A stretch of 64,000 nucleotides of DNA, taken from Octopus sinensis (lineage: Eukaryota). The translations under genes and the position numbers were made by a program. The stretch spans positions 123,070,001 through 123,134,000 of the forward strand of contig NC_042999.1 in the NCBI RefSeq assembly GCF_006345805.1. The letters run 5' to 3'. The notes beneath the pieces were generated by a model. That model was not told where the DNA came from. It was given only the letters and a program-made list of their open reading frames with translations, and ran no database searches. Shown here piece by piece: positions 35,631-49,759 of this stretch; the stretch's first letter is position 1, and every line of letters starts with the position of its first letter.

Positions 35631-37849
35631 TATATGATTCTTTCAGGAAGAATGATTCTTAAAGCACACATAGCTATGAATAATAGCATGTAAATTTGGG
35701 GTTGAAATACCCTTTTGGATACAGAAGTCAAAGGCAAGTCTTTATGAATTTTATGACATAATATACTTCAATACTCTGTACACATAAGCACACACAACTA
35801 TAAAGCATGGCCATATCTATAGTTGTATAATTATGCTCAAATTCATCAGCATAGTGGAATTTTTCTGAAGATCGATTTTGTTGGAATGAAGATATGTCTG
35901 GTAGGTTTCAGTATTGGTTGGTCTCTAAAATCTTGTTTGGCTTTGAAATCAGTAGCATTTTCAGTTAGGCATAGTTTGATGTTTCTGTATTGCCTTTGTC
36001 TTATTAGAATATATGAAGATTATGCCTGATGATGAAAGATGTATTTAAGAGTAACAAATATCACTTGCGAATAGAATGCTGAATTTAAAATCAACAGAAA
36101 TTAATGGTTGTGCTATAGTTGTAGATAGAAACATATTGAATATGTTGGAATTAGAAGTTCACGGATTAAAAATAGACAAAAATTTGGATGATAAATCTTG
36201 GTGGATACAGCATAGACTGAATGTTGCAAAGGTAACTTCAGCAAAACAGCAGTGTCTGACAAAGGTTATTTTGTTGTGTAATCCACCGAAAGAGATATTA
36301 GCCATACATTGTAAATTATTTTCTTAATATCAAGTGTAGCAGGTGGTTGTCATATATGTGCACACTTCCATATGAATTCATATGCAGACAGACACACACA
36401 TGCACTTTTCTAGAAAGTATTGTGGACAGAGAAACATATGTCTGTATACATAATGTGTTTACTCAGTGTAACAGATGTTTGTCTTGAAATATTGAATCAA
36501 ATAAAACACTGATTAATGAAATAATAGATGTGACAGAAGTTTATTTTTAACAGTAATATTCATGATGAAAATAAATGATTCCTGTCTAATAAAAATTTGG
36601 TACTAGCAAAAAGCTTCCATATTTGTCATAATATATGAAGAGTCAAAATATCATGAACGAAAGTAAAGTGATAGAGTAAAATCAATATAACACAAAGGAA
36701 GTAACATTAGATTGACTGAGATAGTATTACGGAAGAACATTTTTTTTTATTTAAAAAAAATATTAGTTCATTATATGCTTGAGGTATAAACTTTTTTTAT
36801 TTTTAATAAAAGGATGCACAGATCCATTTTAGATTTTTTTGTGTGTAAATAAAATAAAAATAGGTGTAAAGTCAAGTGAGTGTTTTCATAATCTTTTAAT
36901 ATAATGACAGTACTATGAAAACTTAAAAAGTCGGAAGGTGTATAATTTGGAATTAAAAATATAATAAAACAAAAGCTAAAGGAAAATGCAAAATGTCACT
37001 GATTGACAGCTTGTTATATTTGATGGACAGTAAAAATAACTCTAAAACAAAAAGATGAAAACTAGAAACAAATAGAAAATAGAAACTACTATTTTGAAAG
37101 GAAAACAAAACTCCTGGAAAGTTTCAATTTTTGTGCTTCATTAATTTCGTTCATTTTCTTGATCTAAAAAATATAATAACATTACTAAGAAAATATAAAA
37201 TAATATAGAACAATATAAAACAATTGGAACATATATTTAAAATGATCTATTGATCAATTCACAGCAAGGCTTCTAAGCTTTTTCTGAGGTAATTTTAACG
37301 CTAGATATGTAACTCTTTGTTGAACAAATAATTTCTCTTGATGATTGCAATACTGATTAAGATCTTTTTTGGTTGAAATTATTTACTTCTTCAATTAATT
37401 TAACATAAGGACATCCCTTGATTTAAAAATAATTAGAACTGTTTCTTGAAAAATAGATCTTCTAGACTCTTGGCCTACTCAAATTAGATTTCAATATATA
37501 ATCCAATATCATATCGATGTTCATAAAAATGTCAATTACTAACTTGACGTCTCTTAAATATCATATATAATATATTTGGACATAGAGAACTCCTAAATAA
37601 GGAACTATAGAATAGATTGGATTATAAAAAAAAAAATTAGCAAAAATAAGACCCTTTATGTTGTAAATTTTATTTTCAGTTTTTAGCTGTAGGAAATAAG
37701 TTAAATTAATAAATATAGATAGATTCCTAAATCATCTGTCTCACTTTTTTTTTTCAGTGATTATAAAATTTTTTTTTTTGCACTTTAATTTATAATTTCT
37801 TATATCTGTATTCTTTCCAACCACTGAATATATATTGCAGTCATGTTGG

Positions 37850-38080
37850 TTCTCTACTCTTTAGCATTCAAATTATTCTGTTAAATTTAATGCTTATTTA
37901 TTCACATTGTTTTGAACTAATTATGCATTATTTCATAGCTTCATGATTTTGATGATATGAGTATTTATTTTTAGAAGGATATTGTAGGTAGGTGTGAGAG
38001 GCCTGATCTACCTGGCTTGAACATAAAACATCTGGGATATTTGGGCCAAATATGGCCAATTTAAATGCTGAAGGGTTAAG
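37850..38080. mobile_element. piggyBac-type MITE (degenerate)
   Basis: Right end aaatgctgaagggttaa (GGG-TTAA) is complementary to a worn left end ctctttagcattc. Confidence 0.5.
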
Positions 38081-38496
38081 GATATTTATGAGCTTTTAAA
38101 AATCAATATATTATTGTTCCATTGAGTTTCTCAATTCTATTTGAAAATTTATAATTGGAACATTTTCAATCTATGAAACTTTTATATGAGACTTTTATAT
38201 TTAGGAATACATCAAATATGTAACGCTGTCATTGAGCAATTTTGCAAAACATGAATACATACACAATTATGTTAGACCATTTGCCACACACAGTAGCCTA
38301 TTATACATTTTATTTTTGGTTTCTTCATTTTTCATAACATTAACATTTAAAACTATATGAATATAAGTACAATTAACTAGAAGAAAACTGAGTTAAGCAT
38401 CAAAATGTATATATGATAGTTGTTTTAATTATTTTTCATTGTTATATTGAAAGAAGATTGAAGAGATAGATATTTGCATTTTGCATTCACATTCAG

Positions 38497-38571
38497 CAAA
38501 CAGACTAGAGTATCCCATTAAAGACATCCCTGATACGAGCAATTGCTTCAAATATCTAGTTTTTGGCAAAG
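38497..38571 (+). CDS. Candidate 75-nt coding exon (phase 1 to 1): xNRLEYPIKDIPDTSNCFKYLVFGK
   Basis: tttgcattttgcattcacattcag|CAAACAG...GGCAAAG|gtaata; frame-preserving; two UGC in the tract; TGCATG at 38620-38625. Confidence 0.5.
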
Positions 38572-40002
38572 GTAATATATTGGAAGAGTAAAGGACATTA
38601 CAGTAATATTTATAGAAGATGCATGACAATAGGCCAAAGAGGATGAGCAATGGTGAATTTTAAGATAAGCTACCAAAGATTGCAATATAAGAGCAATTTT
38701 ATTGTATAGGCATTCTTGTATTTTATAGAATGTCAGCTACTGCTTAGAATTAAAATACTTCTTGCTTGAGTTTCAGTTTAATTTTGTATTTAAGTTTGAC
38801 AATCTTAGCATCTTTGTTCATCTCTGATCCCAAATGATCAAGTGAAAACTAAAAGTGCAAAACAAAACTTAAAATTCTAATAAGAAGCATCCTTGCTAGA
38901 ACATTCATGCTGAGTTAAAGGTTTGGCAGTTTGTATCTTCTTAATGGTATTACTGTGTCCAATATATAAATGAAGCCAAATCCATCCAGATATAAATTAG
39001 ATATGAGATAGAAAGGTATCAGCAATTTAAGCAATAGCAGCATTTTTTTTTTCTTTTAGAGAGGGTTATAAAACTCTCTACCAAAAACTTTAACCTTATC
39101 TTGAAAATGGCATCAGTCCAGATGTTCTTTTTTTTTATTCCTTTGCAACTGAAAATTACTATGGTCAGTTTCACTGCTCTAACCAACCTTTTGATTGACC
39201 TACCTCTACTGTTGATACTATCTACTAACAATTCATGGTACTGCTTCCAGCTGTTACTTCCAAAACATAAAATTTATCTTTACTATGCTAGACATGTCTG
39301 CATATTGATAAGATATGGAACACTTGAAGTACTGTTGAGATAAATGGCTGAAGCAAATAATTCCTCCTGAAATAATTTACATAAAATTAGTTGGCTATAT
39401 CTCATGAACATATTTTTATGTCATGAATGAATATTTTTAGCCTTGTCTTTTTTTTTCTTTCTATCGGGCATTCAAGATAGTAATTTCATTGTGCAGAAAG
39501 TTATTCAGTTTTGCTTGTGTTTGCAGTCTCAATATTTAACATTTTAAATACCAAAAATATACATTTCATATCTCTGATTAGTATGTCTCACTTAAAGGAC
39601 AGAGCTACCTAGAAATCACTTTAGAATAACTTACAGGTTTAACACTAAGTATATGTTATGCTTCTGATCTAAAACTACATTTGTCATGTAGTAGTTGATT
39701 AATCAAAGGTTCTAGAGTAGCCTTAGTGGGCATAACAAACTGGTTAAGTATGTAACAATGTAACCTCTTTCTTTCTGAGAAGATGACACTGAGTCTAGAT
39801 GTATCAAGGCAATTGATATTACAGTTATTTGTGTGCCTTTTGATTCAAATTTGTCTCAAAAATGAGTGTAAGCACTATCTAGGGATGTGTTCTAAGAGTG
39901 TTTTAGAGGACTCCTGGTAGGTTCAGGCATTTTTTGGTGAATTCAAATGTTAGCTGATTTGGAAATAATTCAGTCATGAACTGTATAAGGGTTTCAATAT
40001 CA

Positions 40003-40320
40003 TCATCATCATCATCGTTTAACGTCTGCTTTCCACGCTAGCATGGGTTGGACGATTTGACTGAGGGCTGGCAAACCAGATGGCTGCACCAGGCTTCAGT
40101 CTTGATCTGGCAGAGTTTCTACAGCTGGATGCCCTTCCTAATGCCAACCACTCCAAGAGTATAGTGGGTGCTTTTATGTGCCACCGGCACGGGGGCCAGT
40201 CAGGCGGTACTGGCAACGATCACTGGTACTGTATACTGGTACTCAAATCTTTTTACACATGCCACCAGCACAGGTGCCAGTAAGGCAATGCTGGTAATGA
40301 TCACTGGTACTGTATACACC
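40003..40320 (-). mobile_element. (CAT)n-tailed non-autonomous retroposon with internal ~70-bp tandem repeats
   Basis: catcatcatcgtttaacgtctgctttccacgctagcatgggttgg.. ggatgcccttcctaatgccaaccac.., then two gccacc.gcac.gg.gccagt.aggc..t.ctgg.aa.gatcactggtactgta units. Confidence 0.85.
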
Positions 40321-42559
40321 AAGCCTAAATCAACTGTGTTATGCAATACAGTTGTTACTGTTATGATTGAATGAATCATTTACTCTCATTAACACATCTA
40401 CACTATGTAGATCTAGTCTAACAGTTTGTAATAACATGCTTAATAACTAGCTGATATATACAAATCTTATCTATAACTTTCAGCAAGTAACTATAAGTCT
40501 GGATAATTTAGCATGCTCCTGGCCATAAAAAGAAAACTATAACTAGGATATATTTGCCATTGAAGATAAAGTGGCAGCAATGATTGCATCAGGAAATCTA
40601 AATCCATACACAGTTGTAAAGTTAAAATTATCTCAGAAAAATCAGTACAACTCATTAAAAATCACCACCAAACAATCTAGAAAACTATAATAGCAGAGAA
40701 TTATTAGAAAATTTAATGAAAAATTGGAACTACTATCAATATTATTTAGAAAATCACTCATTCCCTTATTACCAAGTATTCGCAGTCTTCTTCTAAAGCA
40801 GCTCCAATCAAGTAAACCTTGAAAGAACATTCAGCACATTAAATAATAAATTCAATATACTACAACAAAATCCAGTAAAATCTTCCAAAAAAGCAAGCTT
40901 TTACCAATAACTAATCTTGATAAATGAGATCTACACTAAAACCTATTTGAAGTTGTTGACTACTTTTCTCTGGCAGGTGTAGGTTGTAAGTGAGAGGAGT
41001 GGCCTACTAGATACACTTACTCCATGTGTGCAGCTAGTATAACTAAAAATTAGCAATATTTTCAGTCAAAAGTTTGATATACTGTGTGGTTTAAACTGTA
41101 ACTTTTGATAATCAAATTTCTTGGAGCTTTAGTGTCTTAAATTAATCTCAAAACCCTTGTATTTTTATGATCTAAGTTGCATTAGAGAATCAGTTAAACT
41201 GAACAATTTTTGAATTCTATAAAATTTTGAAGTAAGCCTATGTATAAAATATCAGAAAAATAATTTTTTTTTAATAACATGAGCTCCATAACATAAATCT
41301 ATGGCAAAGTAGTGCTTAACTATACCAAATAATTTGATTTCTCTGAGTCCATATCTGACCAAATTTGTATCGGCCTTTCTTTTGTTTCGGTTCAATCTCT
41401 GAATAAACTAGGAGAAATGATTCCGGTTTTAGTATAATACAGGTACTGAATATTCTTTATTAATGGCTTAGACATATGAGAAAGTGTAGCACCCATGACC
41501 TTTTCCGAGCTCTCTCAGACTAATGAGAAGAAAGTAGGAAGTTATCCTCAGATCAAAACCCTGGCCTAACTGTTTGTTACAAAGCATATTCCATGAACGG
41601 TATCCAAGGACCAAATTGTTGTATTAAACTAGGTCAGAGATTATGATAAGCAACCACAACATATTGATGCACTGTGTATATATTGCCTCAGGTTAACTTT
41701 GCAAGAATATATAACCACAGCAATCTGCCTCTTTTGGATATGTTCAAATAAAATACAATGAATTAAAAGCTGAAGCAAATATAATCACAGGCAACTTAAT
41801 ATAAAAATAACATATTCAACAGCAGTTAATTTTCAAAAAAGATATGTGTGTGTGTGTCTATTTGATGTGATCAATCAGTGTTATATATTCAAATGTTTAC
41901 TGGACATGTTCTCTTGTAATGTAAATTAGTAAATTAAGCCATGCTTAATTTACCCCTTTTCTCTTCAAAATACTTACCATCACCGAATTTTAACATTTGT
42001 TACTTTTGGGGAACTAAAAATTTGAAATTCATGAGTCCATATTTTTGCACTAATTTAGATGCAAAAATATTTTGGCTTACTAGAAGCTTTCTAATTTCCT
42101 CTGCCAATTTGTAGAATGAAGAATATTCTTGCTATTAGTATTATTTTTTTCCTATTTATAAGTATTTAAATAATTTATACTGTTCCCTTGAGATTAGTGG
42201 GATTACAATCTACTGTTTCTGCAATATCTGTGTGATAAAATGAATGTGTTCAGTAAGCTATGAAGATGGTCAGGAATCAAAGTAGTCAGGGAATTGTTCA
42301 CATGAGAGAAGACTAAAATTGGATGAAGTGATGAAAATTAAAGCAAACTCCTTGTTGATTGTAATCTAAGGTAGTTATCACTGAGGTAAGAATGTTAATG
42401 GAAAAATAGAAACATATACTTGTGTGTACACTAAACAAGCACATGTGTGAATGAGAAGAAAGATATGCAAATCTGACTGGCAGGAATTGAACTATTCATT
42501 TGTAGATTTATATCTGATCTTTGTCATTTTCAGCCTAAGCTAAAATTTCTATTTCTTTA

Positions 42560-42778
42560 CTACCCACAAAATCACAGAGAGGACAAACAAGGACAGACAA
42601 ACGGATTAAGTCGATTATATCAACCCCAGTGCGTAACTGGTACTTATTTAATCAACCCCAAAAGGATGAAAGGCAAAGTCGACCTCGGCGGAATTTGAAC
42701 TCAGAACATAGCAGCAGACGAAATGCCGTTAAGCATTTCACCCTGTGTGCTAACGATTCTGCCAGCTTGCCGCCCTTA
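42560..42778 (-). mobile_element. Family A tRNA-derived SINE, young copy
   Basis: Retains CpGs: gtcgacctcggcggaatttgaactcagaac..gctaacgattctgccagcttgccgcc. Confidence 0.92.
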
Positions 42779-42964
42779 AAACATGCATTCCCATGCCAAG
42801 CTAAAATTCCAAGAGTTTGAATAAGAACTTTTAATTTCCAAGTTCCTTTGCTAAATTTTGAAGAAGCAATCTTCTTATTAGACCTCATAATGAAATCAAA
42901 ATATCTTCATAAATGTTTGTCATGCTGTCATTTGTGATCTTTAATGCACAGTATAAGGTACAAA

Positions 42965-43160
42965 AGTGAAGGTGCATGGCTTAACAGTTTGGGTGTTGGA
43001 CTCATGATTGTAAGATTGGGATTTTGATTCCTAGACCAAGCAATGTGTTGTGTTCTTGAGCAAAACGCTTCATTTCACATTGCTCCAGTCCAATCAGCTG
43101 AATATAATGAGTAATCTTGCAATGGACTAGTGTCCCACTTAAGGAACAATACATACTCCA
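42965..43160 (+). mobile_element. tRNA-derived SINE (family C), old
   Basis: Box A/B-like head, then gtgttcttgagcaaaacgcttcatttcacattgctccagtcca, shared with the copy at 43390. Confidence 0.75.
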
Positions 43161-43386
43161 TAGAAACCAGGAAACCAGCCCTATACTCCTTACAGAATAA
43201 TTTGAACTAAGCCCCCCACCATGTAAGGTTCAAAACATCTCTATATTCTATGCAAGTGACAATTATTTTTTGACCCTTAGTTCTGATTGAGCAACCATAT
43301 GATGAAAGATGTTCCTATCTTGTCCTTTCATCTTCATTCCAGATATAATATATCTAAGATTACATTATTCAATTTGTCCTTTTAGT

Positions 43387-43695
43387 GAAGTCATGTGGCT
43401 TAGTGGTCAGGGTATTCAGCTCATGATCATTAGGTCATGAGTTCACTTCCCAGTGGTGTATTGTATCCTTGAGCAAGACACTTTATTTCAAGTTGCTCCA
43501 GTCCTCTCAGCTGGCAAAATTTCAAAGGGCCAGCCTTGTCGCATTCTGTATCATGCTGAATCTCCCTGAGAACTATGTTAAGGGTATGTGTGTTTGTGGA
43601 GTGCTCACCCACTTGCACATTAATTTCATGAGCAAGCCGTTCCATTGATCAGATCAACTGAAACCCTCATCATAACCAATGGCGTGCCAGTTCAT
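43387..43695 (+). mobile_element. tRNA-derived SINE (family C)
   Basis: gtggcttagtggtcagggt (box A), gagttcacttccc (box B), ccttgagcaagacactttatttcaagttgctccagtcc. Confidence 0.82.
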
Positions 43696-45699
43696 TCTTT
43701 CAAAAATGTGTGGTGAGATTTGGTTATTATTTCTAGTAGGTCAACTTTCCCAATAAAAGTTTCCTATCAACTTGTTTAGGGATAACTGTTATTCTACCTG
43801 AACAAGCAGACATGATTGAAAAAGCATTCTTACTGTGACAACCTCAACTTTTTATAGGTATGTAGGACTATAATGAATGCTTTGTTTATTCAAAATAATA
43901 GGGTGGGATTTGAGGTAGATTTGTTTACTATTTCTAGCTGATTGACTGACCATTTTGAAGCTCTCTTTTTGGTGACTACTGAGGAAATTGGAGGAAAAGC
44001 AATAAATAATTTTGAGTTGACTAATAGTCGTTTGATTAAAATACTGAATTTCATATACCTTATGTGATAAAATAATTTGAAGTAGTTTTTTTTTTAACAT
44101 CAATTTGTTAAACAGGTTATTTGCTAAAATCTAAAAGTAAATTTGGAAGAAAATTTTCAATTTGAAAGAGACTCTTATATATATCACAGGCACATGCATA
44201 TCCTTCCACATACATTAACACAAAAATTGCCATTTGAAACTATGACCACTGTTTGTATTTTCAGAAAAGATATGTCAGACCTGATTGTGTTCCATAGTCT
44301 TAATACTTCTATTGTTTCTATATGAATATTGATCAAATTGTACATTTTCCCCAGTCTTGATTAGGCTCCAAATACCCAATTAAAATGTTCTCTATTTTGT
44401 TGCAAAAATACAGGAATCTAATTCCATCCAAACAACAGGTCTTTTCCTGTAGTCTTCACTTTCTTATAAGTTCTTCCTGTTGACTTTTCATTTATGCATG
44501 TTGTTGTTCTATTCTAAATTGACAGCCAGCCAAAATAATGTATAAATATGATATAATAACTGTAACAAATTCTCTGAGAATCCAGGAAGTGTATTGTATT
44601 CAGCTTATCTAAATTTATAGCAGAACAGTAAACACCTTAGTGCTTGTAGATTTAAGGAAGATATACTCCTTTGCAGTACATATGTAAGCAAACATGTGAA
44701 ACAGTAGCATACAATACATTTTACCTAATATGCAACAACCCTAAAGTTATCTAAATTAACTTTGTACCTATTTATTTATTATTAAAATTAAAAAAATATT
44801 CCTTTATTTTATTCATTTAAATCTTAATGTCTTTTAGGTAAATCAATTTAGTAACAAATTAATGCTTAGATTTGGTGGTAAGAAGTAGTAGCAAATATAT
44901 CCTCTTCATTCATATATCTATTTTTAATTCCACACCAGCTTTGTGTAAATTTCTGTACATTAAATTTGCTTTATTCTTTTTTGATAGTATTTCAGATAAT
45001 AAATATGTTTACTAAAATTTTCTTAAATAAAGTAGCCAATTTTTGAGGAAAAAAAATCAAGAAAGAAAAAAAATTAATTAATTTTAGTGGTGGATATTAA
45101 TTACTGTATTTCACTGCTGGAAAAAATATCAAGGTTATGATTAGTACATTCATATAAGTAACTTTATTTGCCACATATTCCATAATTTATTTGTTAATCC
45201 ATTCAAACGAAAGAGTAAGAAGTGTTCATTACATTATATATGAAATATATTTTTTTCTTTAAGTAAAGATGTTGGGTGGTTTAGACGAGGTAGAAATATT
45301 TTAGAGAAAATTTAATTAAATAGGTTATTGTTCTGATTTCCATAAATTCTTTTGAAAATAACACTGTTATAAAAATATATTTTTTTAAGTAGTGGAAAAA
45401 TTTTCACCAATATGTCTAGTTAGTTTGTAATGCAGTAACAAAAGTAACTAAGACTGAACTGTTCTGCAGCCAAAATGAAAATTACTTATGACCACATCCA
45501 CATTTCAGATTGCTGATTCTATTACATTTTTCTTTGGATTAAATGCAAGTATTCCCAACCACATATTATTGGTAATTGTCTACATAATATGAAGTCTGTT
45601 GCTTAGTTTTCATAGGTAGCAATGTGTGAGCTGAAATTTCTTGTTACTACTTGTTCTATGTATTGTAGATTACAGCTCATTAATCACAGTTCTTTTCAG

Positions 45700-45789
45700 A
45701 GAGAGAGCGCTCCTTCAACTGAACTACTACATTGCTCTTTGAGTTGCTTCCAACACCTAAATGAAAATGGCACTATTCGAAATTTGTTT
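45700..45789 (+). CDS. Candidate 90-nt coding exon (phase 0 to 0): RESAPSTELLHCSLSCFQHLNENGTIRNLF
   Basis: cacagttcttttcag|AGAGAG...TTGTTT|gtaagt. One frame open, two closed. Confidence 0.5.
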
Positions 45790-47989
45790 GTAAGTCTTCA
45801 TAATGCTTGTGCTCTATTCCTATTGTTATAGAAAATTATTCAGTGTGAAAAAAAAAAAAAAGATATCTTACTAATGGAAAGCTAAGTTATCACTTTCTCT
45901 TTTCCTTCTTTTCATTTTACTTGGATTATAATCAACTTGCCAGTAGGTCATGTAGCATTTCAATGTGATAATCTTTATCCAAATGAGCCGGTTGTGTGCT
46001 TATGGTTTATTAACACTTCCCACTCACCTTGTTTAAATATCTACTACACTTGCTTTTTAAGAAATATGTTGCTTGGCTCTTGCGAGAGAGAAGATAGTTT
46101 TGTAAAATATGTGATATTGCTAATGCTATACGCTAGTATCAGCAGTGATATTACAATGTACGGAAGTTATCAAGTGAACGGTAGTATTGATTTCTGTGTT
46201 GAAGTGAATTTCCTATTTTTGCCCATTTCTCGTATGTTCTAAAACAAGGCTAGAATGCTAGTTGTGTTCCTTTTGAAGCATGACATTTGATATACAGTCT
46301 GCTCTTATCTTCACTTGTGAAGTTAAACTTGTGTGATATAGAACTAAATGCTTTGTTTATGTGTAAGATATACTGAAATTGCACACTTATTTTGTTGCTT
46401 AATACTTTTACGACTGAAGTAAAGAAAAATGTTTTCCTTCCTCACTCTTACTCAATATTTATATATATATTAGGTTTGTCTAATAAAACTAAAAATGAGC
46501 ATTTTTACTGGAAAAATGTTTTAAATAAGATGCTTACCTCAATAAATTACAGCAAGAAAAATTATATTCACCATTTTCTGTTTGGTTTGTTGATTTTTTT
46601 GCTTCTAAAATTCAATTCTTCGGTTTTTATCACCCTTTAACTTCTATACAAATAATGAATTTTTCTTTCTCTCACAGAGGGGACTATATAACATTCTACA
46701 GCTTCCATGCTGTAACTACTGTAAAGAGAATATGCTTGTGCAAATGTGTATCTGTTGAACATAAATACAGCATACTTACATAAATATATATATATGTTTG
46801 TGTGTGTGTGTTCAACAGATATATAAGTAAAGACATACCTACCTGCCTGTATCTATCTCTCTATATATAAAATATACAATGCTTAATATTTTCCTGTTAG
46901 TGCCTGCCGTTTTTTCATTTCTAGTTGGTACCTGCTGTTCTCAGTCTCTGAGAGATGCAGCAATTCCATAATCACTTATGTTTCTATTATTTTATTTTTC
47001 AATGCTTTATGCCTATGTAAGAAATCATTACTTTATTTCATAATTCTAATTCAAAATAACTGTTTAGTATTTCATTTTAATTACATGAGATATATCTTCA
47101 TATACTCACTTTTGTTATTTTATTTGGCTTTCTAATAAAAATTCTTCTTCGGTTGACATAAATAACCACTTTTTTTTATTGTTCATTTTCCATCCTTTTG
47201 AGAAATATTTTTCCACTATGGAGGAAAATATGAAAACTCAAATAAAATATTGAACTTGAAATATTGTAAATATGTGTGTAGTAATATAATACATTATTAA
47301 CTTTATATCAAATTCTTCAATTTACCATACATATTTAATAAAAATATATATATTGAGGTTTTAGACTTGGAATATTTAAAATACTACAGATATTAGAAGT
47401 ATAGTTGATATATAAATTCATATGTGTATTTAGTATACCTTGTGTGAGTATTCCACAAATAAATTTTGTTAATTGAAAAATTCCTCTAATTATTTTGGAA
47501 GTAAAATTTTATTTCTGTTGTCTAAATTCCTTTCAAAAAATGTTTTAGAAATATTTTGATAGTATGTTTTTTACATCAGATTACCAGAATCTAGAATTTA
47601 TGACTGCACCGTATGTGTGTGTGTGTAACTAGAGTGTGACACATGTTCAGACACACACATATACATAAACACACACATGTGTGTGTGTGTATACATACAT
47701 TCATGTGTGTGTGTATATATATGTACATGCACACTCACATGCATGCACACAAGCATATATACACTGTACAATATAATGGATCCATTTCAGCCAATTTTAC
47801 CAATCAGTTTTGCTCACAAAAGTTCAGGTAAAAAAAAAAATACTTGCTACTTATCAGAAGGGCTCAAATATGATTCTTATATGAAACTGACTGTTAAAAT
47901 CAGCAGAAATGGATCTACAAATGTTAATATGCCCCCTCTGTTAACCAATATACAAGTTCCTGTTATTTCTAACTCCAGGATTCTTAGCT

Positions 47990-48030
<41 letters not shown>

Positions 48031-49759
48031 TATATATATATATATATTAATAAATCTCAGGGTAGCAAAAAAATTTAGAAAAATTCTTTGCTACCAGTGG
48101 TCTAGCGAAAAGAAAAAACTACTCAATAGACTTTATATTATTCATATAAAAATATAGTGGTTTGTAGTTTAACTGCTCTTTCTAGCGAGTCAGATGTCCT
48201 GTTATGGCCATCTCTTATGTGTTTAAATGTACACTGTATTTTTATATATATATATATATATCATGTTAGATGTGGGTGCATGCATGTGTATATGTGTGTG
48301 TATATATATATGTGTGTGTGTGCATATTCATACACATTAATTCATTGATATATATACATTGACTTTTATGCATTTGACTTACTGTATTTAAATAATTTGT
48401 GTATATATGAACAAAGTTTTCACATTTACTTTTTAATTCATTCTAAGTAGATTTGTTCCTTTATTCTTCTTAGATTTCAATCATACCACGTGCACTTTTT
48501 CTTAAGTAACAAGAAAATTGTATGCTCTCTAATTTATTGATACGTTCTGAATAGATGTATCAAATTTGGTTTAAAATAACAATTTTCCAAATATTATAAT
48601 AATCATATGCAGTACACTAGCTAGATGCAGGTGGTTAAATAATGTTCACTTTGTTGTTTTCTGGTTAGATTTCAGCTACACTTTCTATCACAGAATTGTG
48701 AAATTATCAACGTAATGAAATATTTCCTTCCTTAAGTTTATGCTGATGAGGTTCTTATGTGTGTAGCATGCATAGATTAATACAACACTACGAGTAATAA
48801 CATTATTTGAACATATCTGTTGTAGGAATGTTGTATTGTTGCAGCTTTTATATTTACTCTGATACATATAAAACATTACCAGACGCTTGATAAGTTTGTG
48901 AAGTGATGTATATGACCTATCTATGCCAAAAACAGAACAGCAAACAATATATTGGTTAATGATGATGTATGATATTAAAATTTATTTTATGTTTATTCTT
49001 GTACATTTTAAATACATTTTAAATGCATTTATTCTTAATCTATTTTAAATATTTATGCAGCTGCATGAAAAATATATGTTGGTTATTTTTTATCCTCTCA
49101 TATATATATATTGTAATGATGTAAAAAAAACTAAAATTCATGCATTTGTGTGTGTTAATATTTAGTGTTTCATTTTATGAATATAAAATTCCATAGTGTA
49201 AGAATTATGCGGTGCACTTAACGGAAAAAGTTCTAGGCTCCCCTCCTCACCTGCACCATACGTGGGTGATGTAATATACTTTTTAGCATTGTATTTTTAC
49301 ATCATTTCTAATCATCTTAATAGCTTGTATGATCCATTGCTCACATCTTCATCTTTCAACTACAGCTATAGGAGATATTTTAGCAATAGGGTAACATGTT
49401 ATGCTTGCTAACTTTTCCCCATGTTTGTGACTTGAATTTGCATATCATTGATTAATTAGATAACTGAAGAACTAAACTATAACTATGCAAACTTTTAAAT
49501 ATATAAAGATATATATTTAAGTATGATTTTTCTTCATTCATGTATGCACATATTGCTAAGTGCATAGCAGCATTAATTATGCATAGGCATACACACTGCT
49601 GTTTATTGGGCCAATTATATATGTATGTGTGTGTAAGACTATGTTTGCAGAAAGATTTACATACATCTTAAAAGTGCATTTCACTTAATCTTTGTCTAGT
49701 TATTATTAAATGTGATATGTGTTTGCTAGAAAACTTCATTGGATTAACTGTGATTACTA

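Noticed and set aside
36076-36327. 83-aa ORF with a possible donor AAG|gtaact
   Set aside because: No convincing acceptor, no recognisable domain, starts at a non-ATG codon.
40190-40320. gccagt..actggcaac units as possible HDV-like ribozymes of an RTE partner
   Set aside because: Only a simple hairpin. I could not find the P2/P3/P1.1 nested pseudoknot, and the motif is antisense to the inferred element strand.
44838-44892. KLMLRFGGKK resembles an RFamide neuropeptide precursor motif
   Set aside because: Single occurrence, an extra Gly before the basic pair, no upstream cleavage site or signal peptide, and a stop right after; probably chance.
45937-46242. 101-aa ORF
   Set aside because: Composition reflects AT-rich non-coding DNA, with no recognisable motif or splice boundaries.
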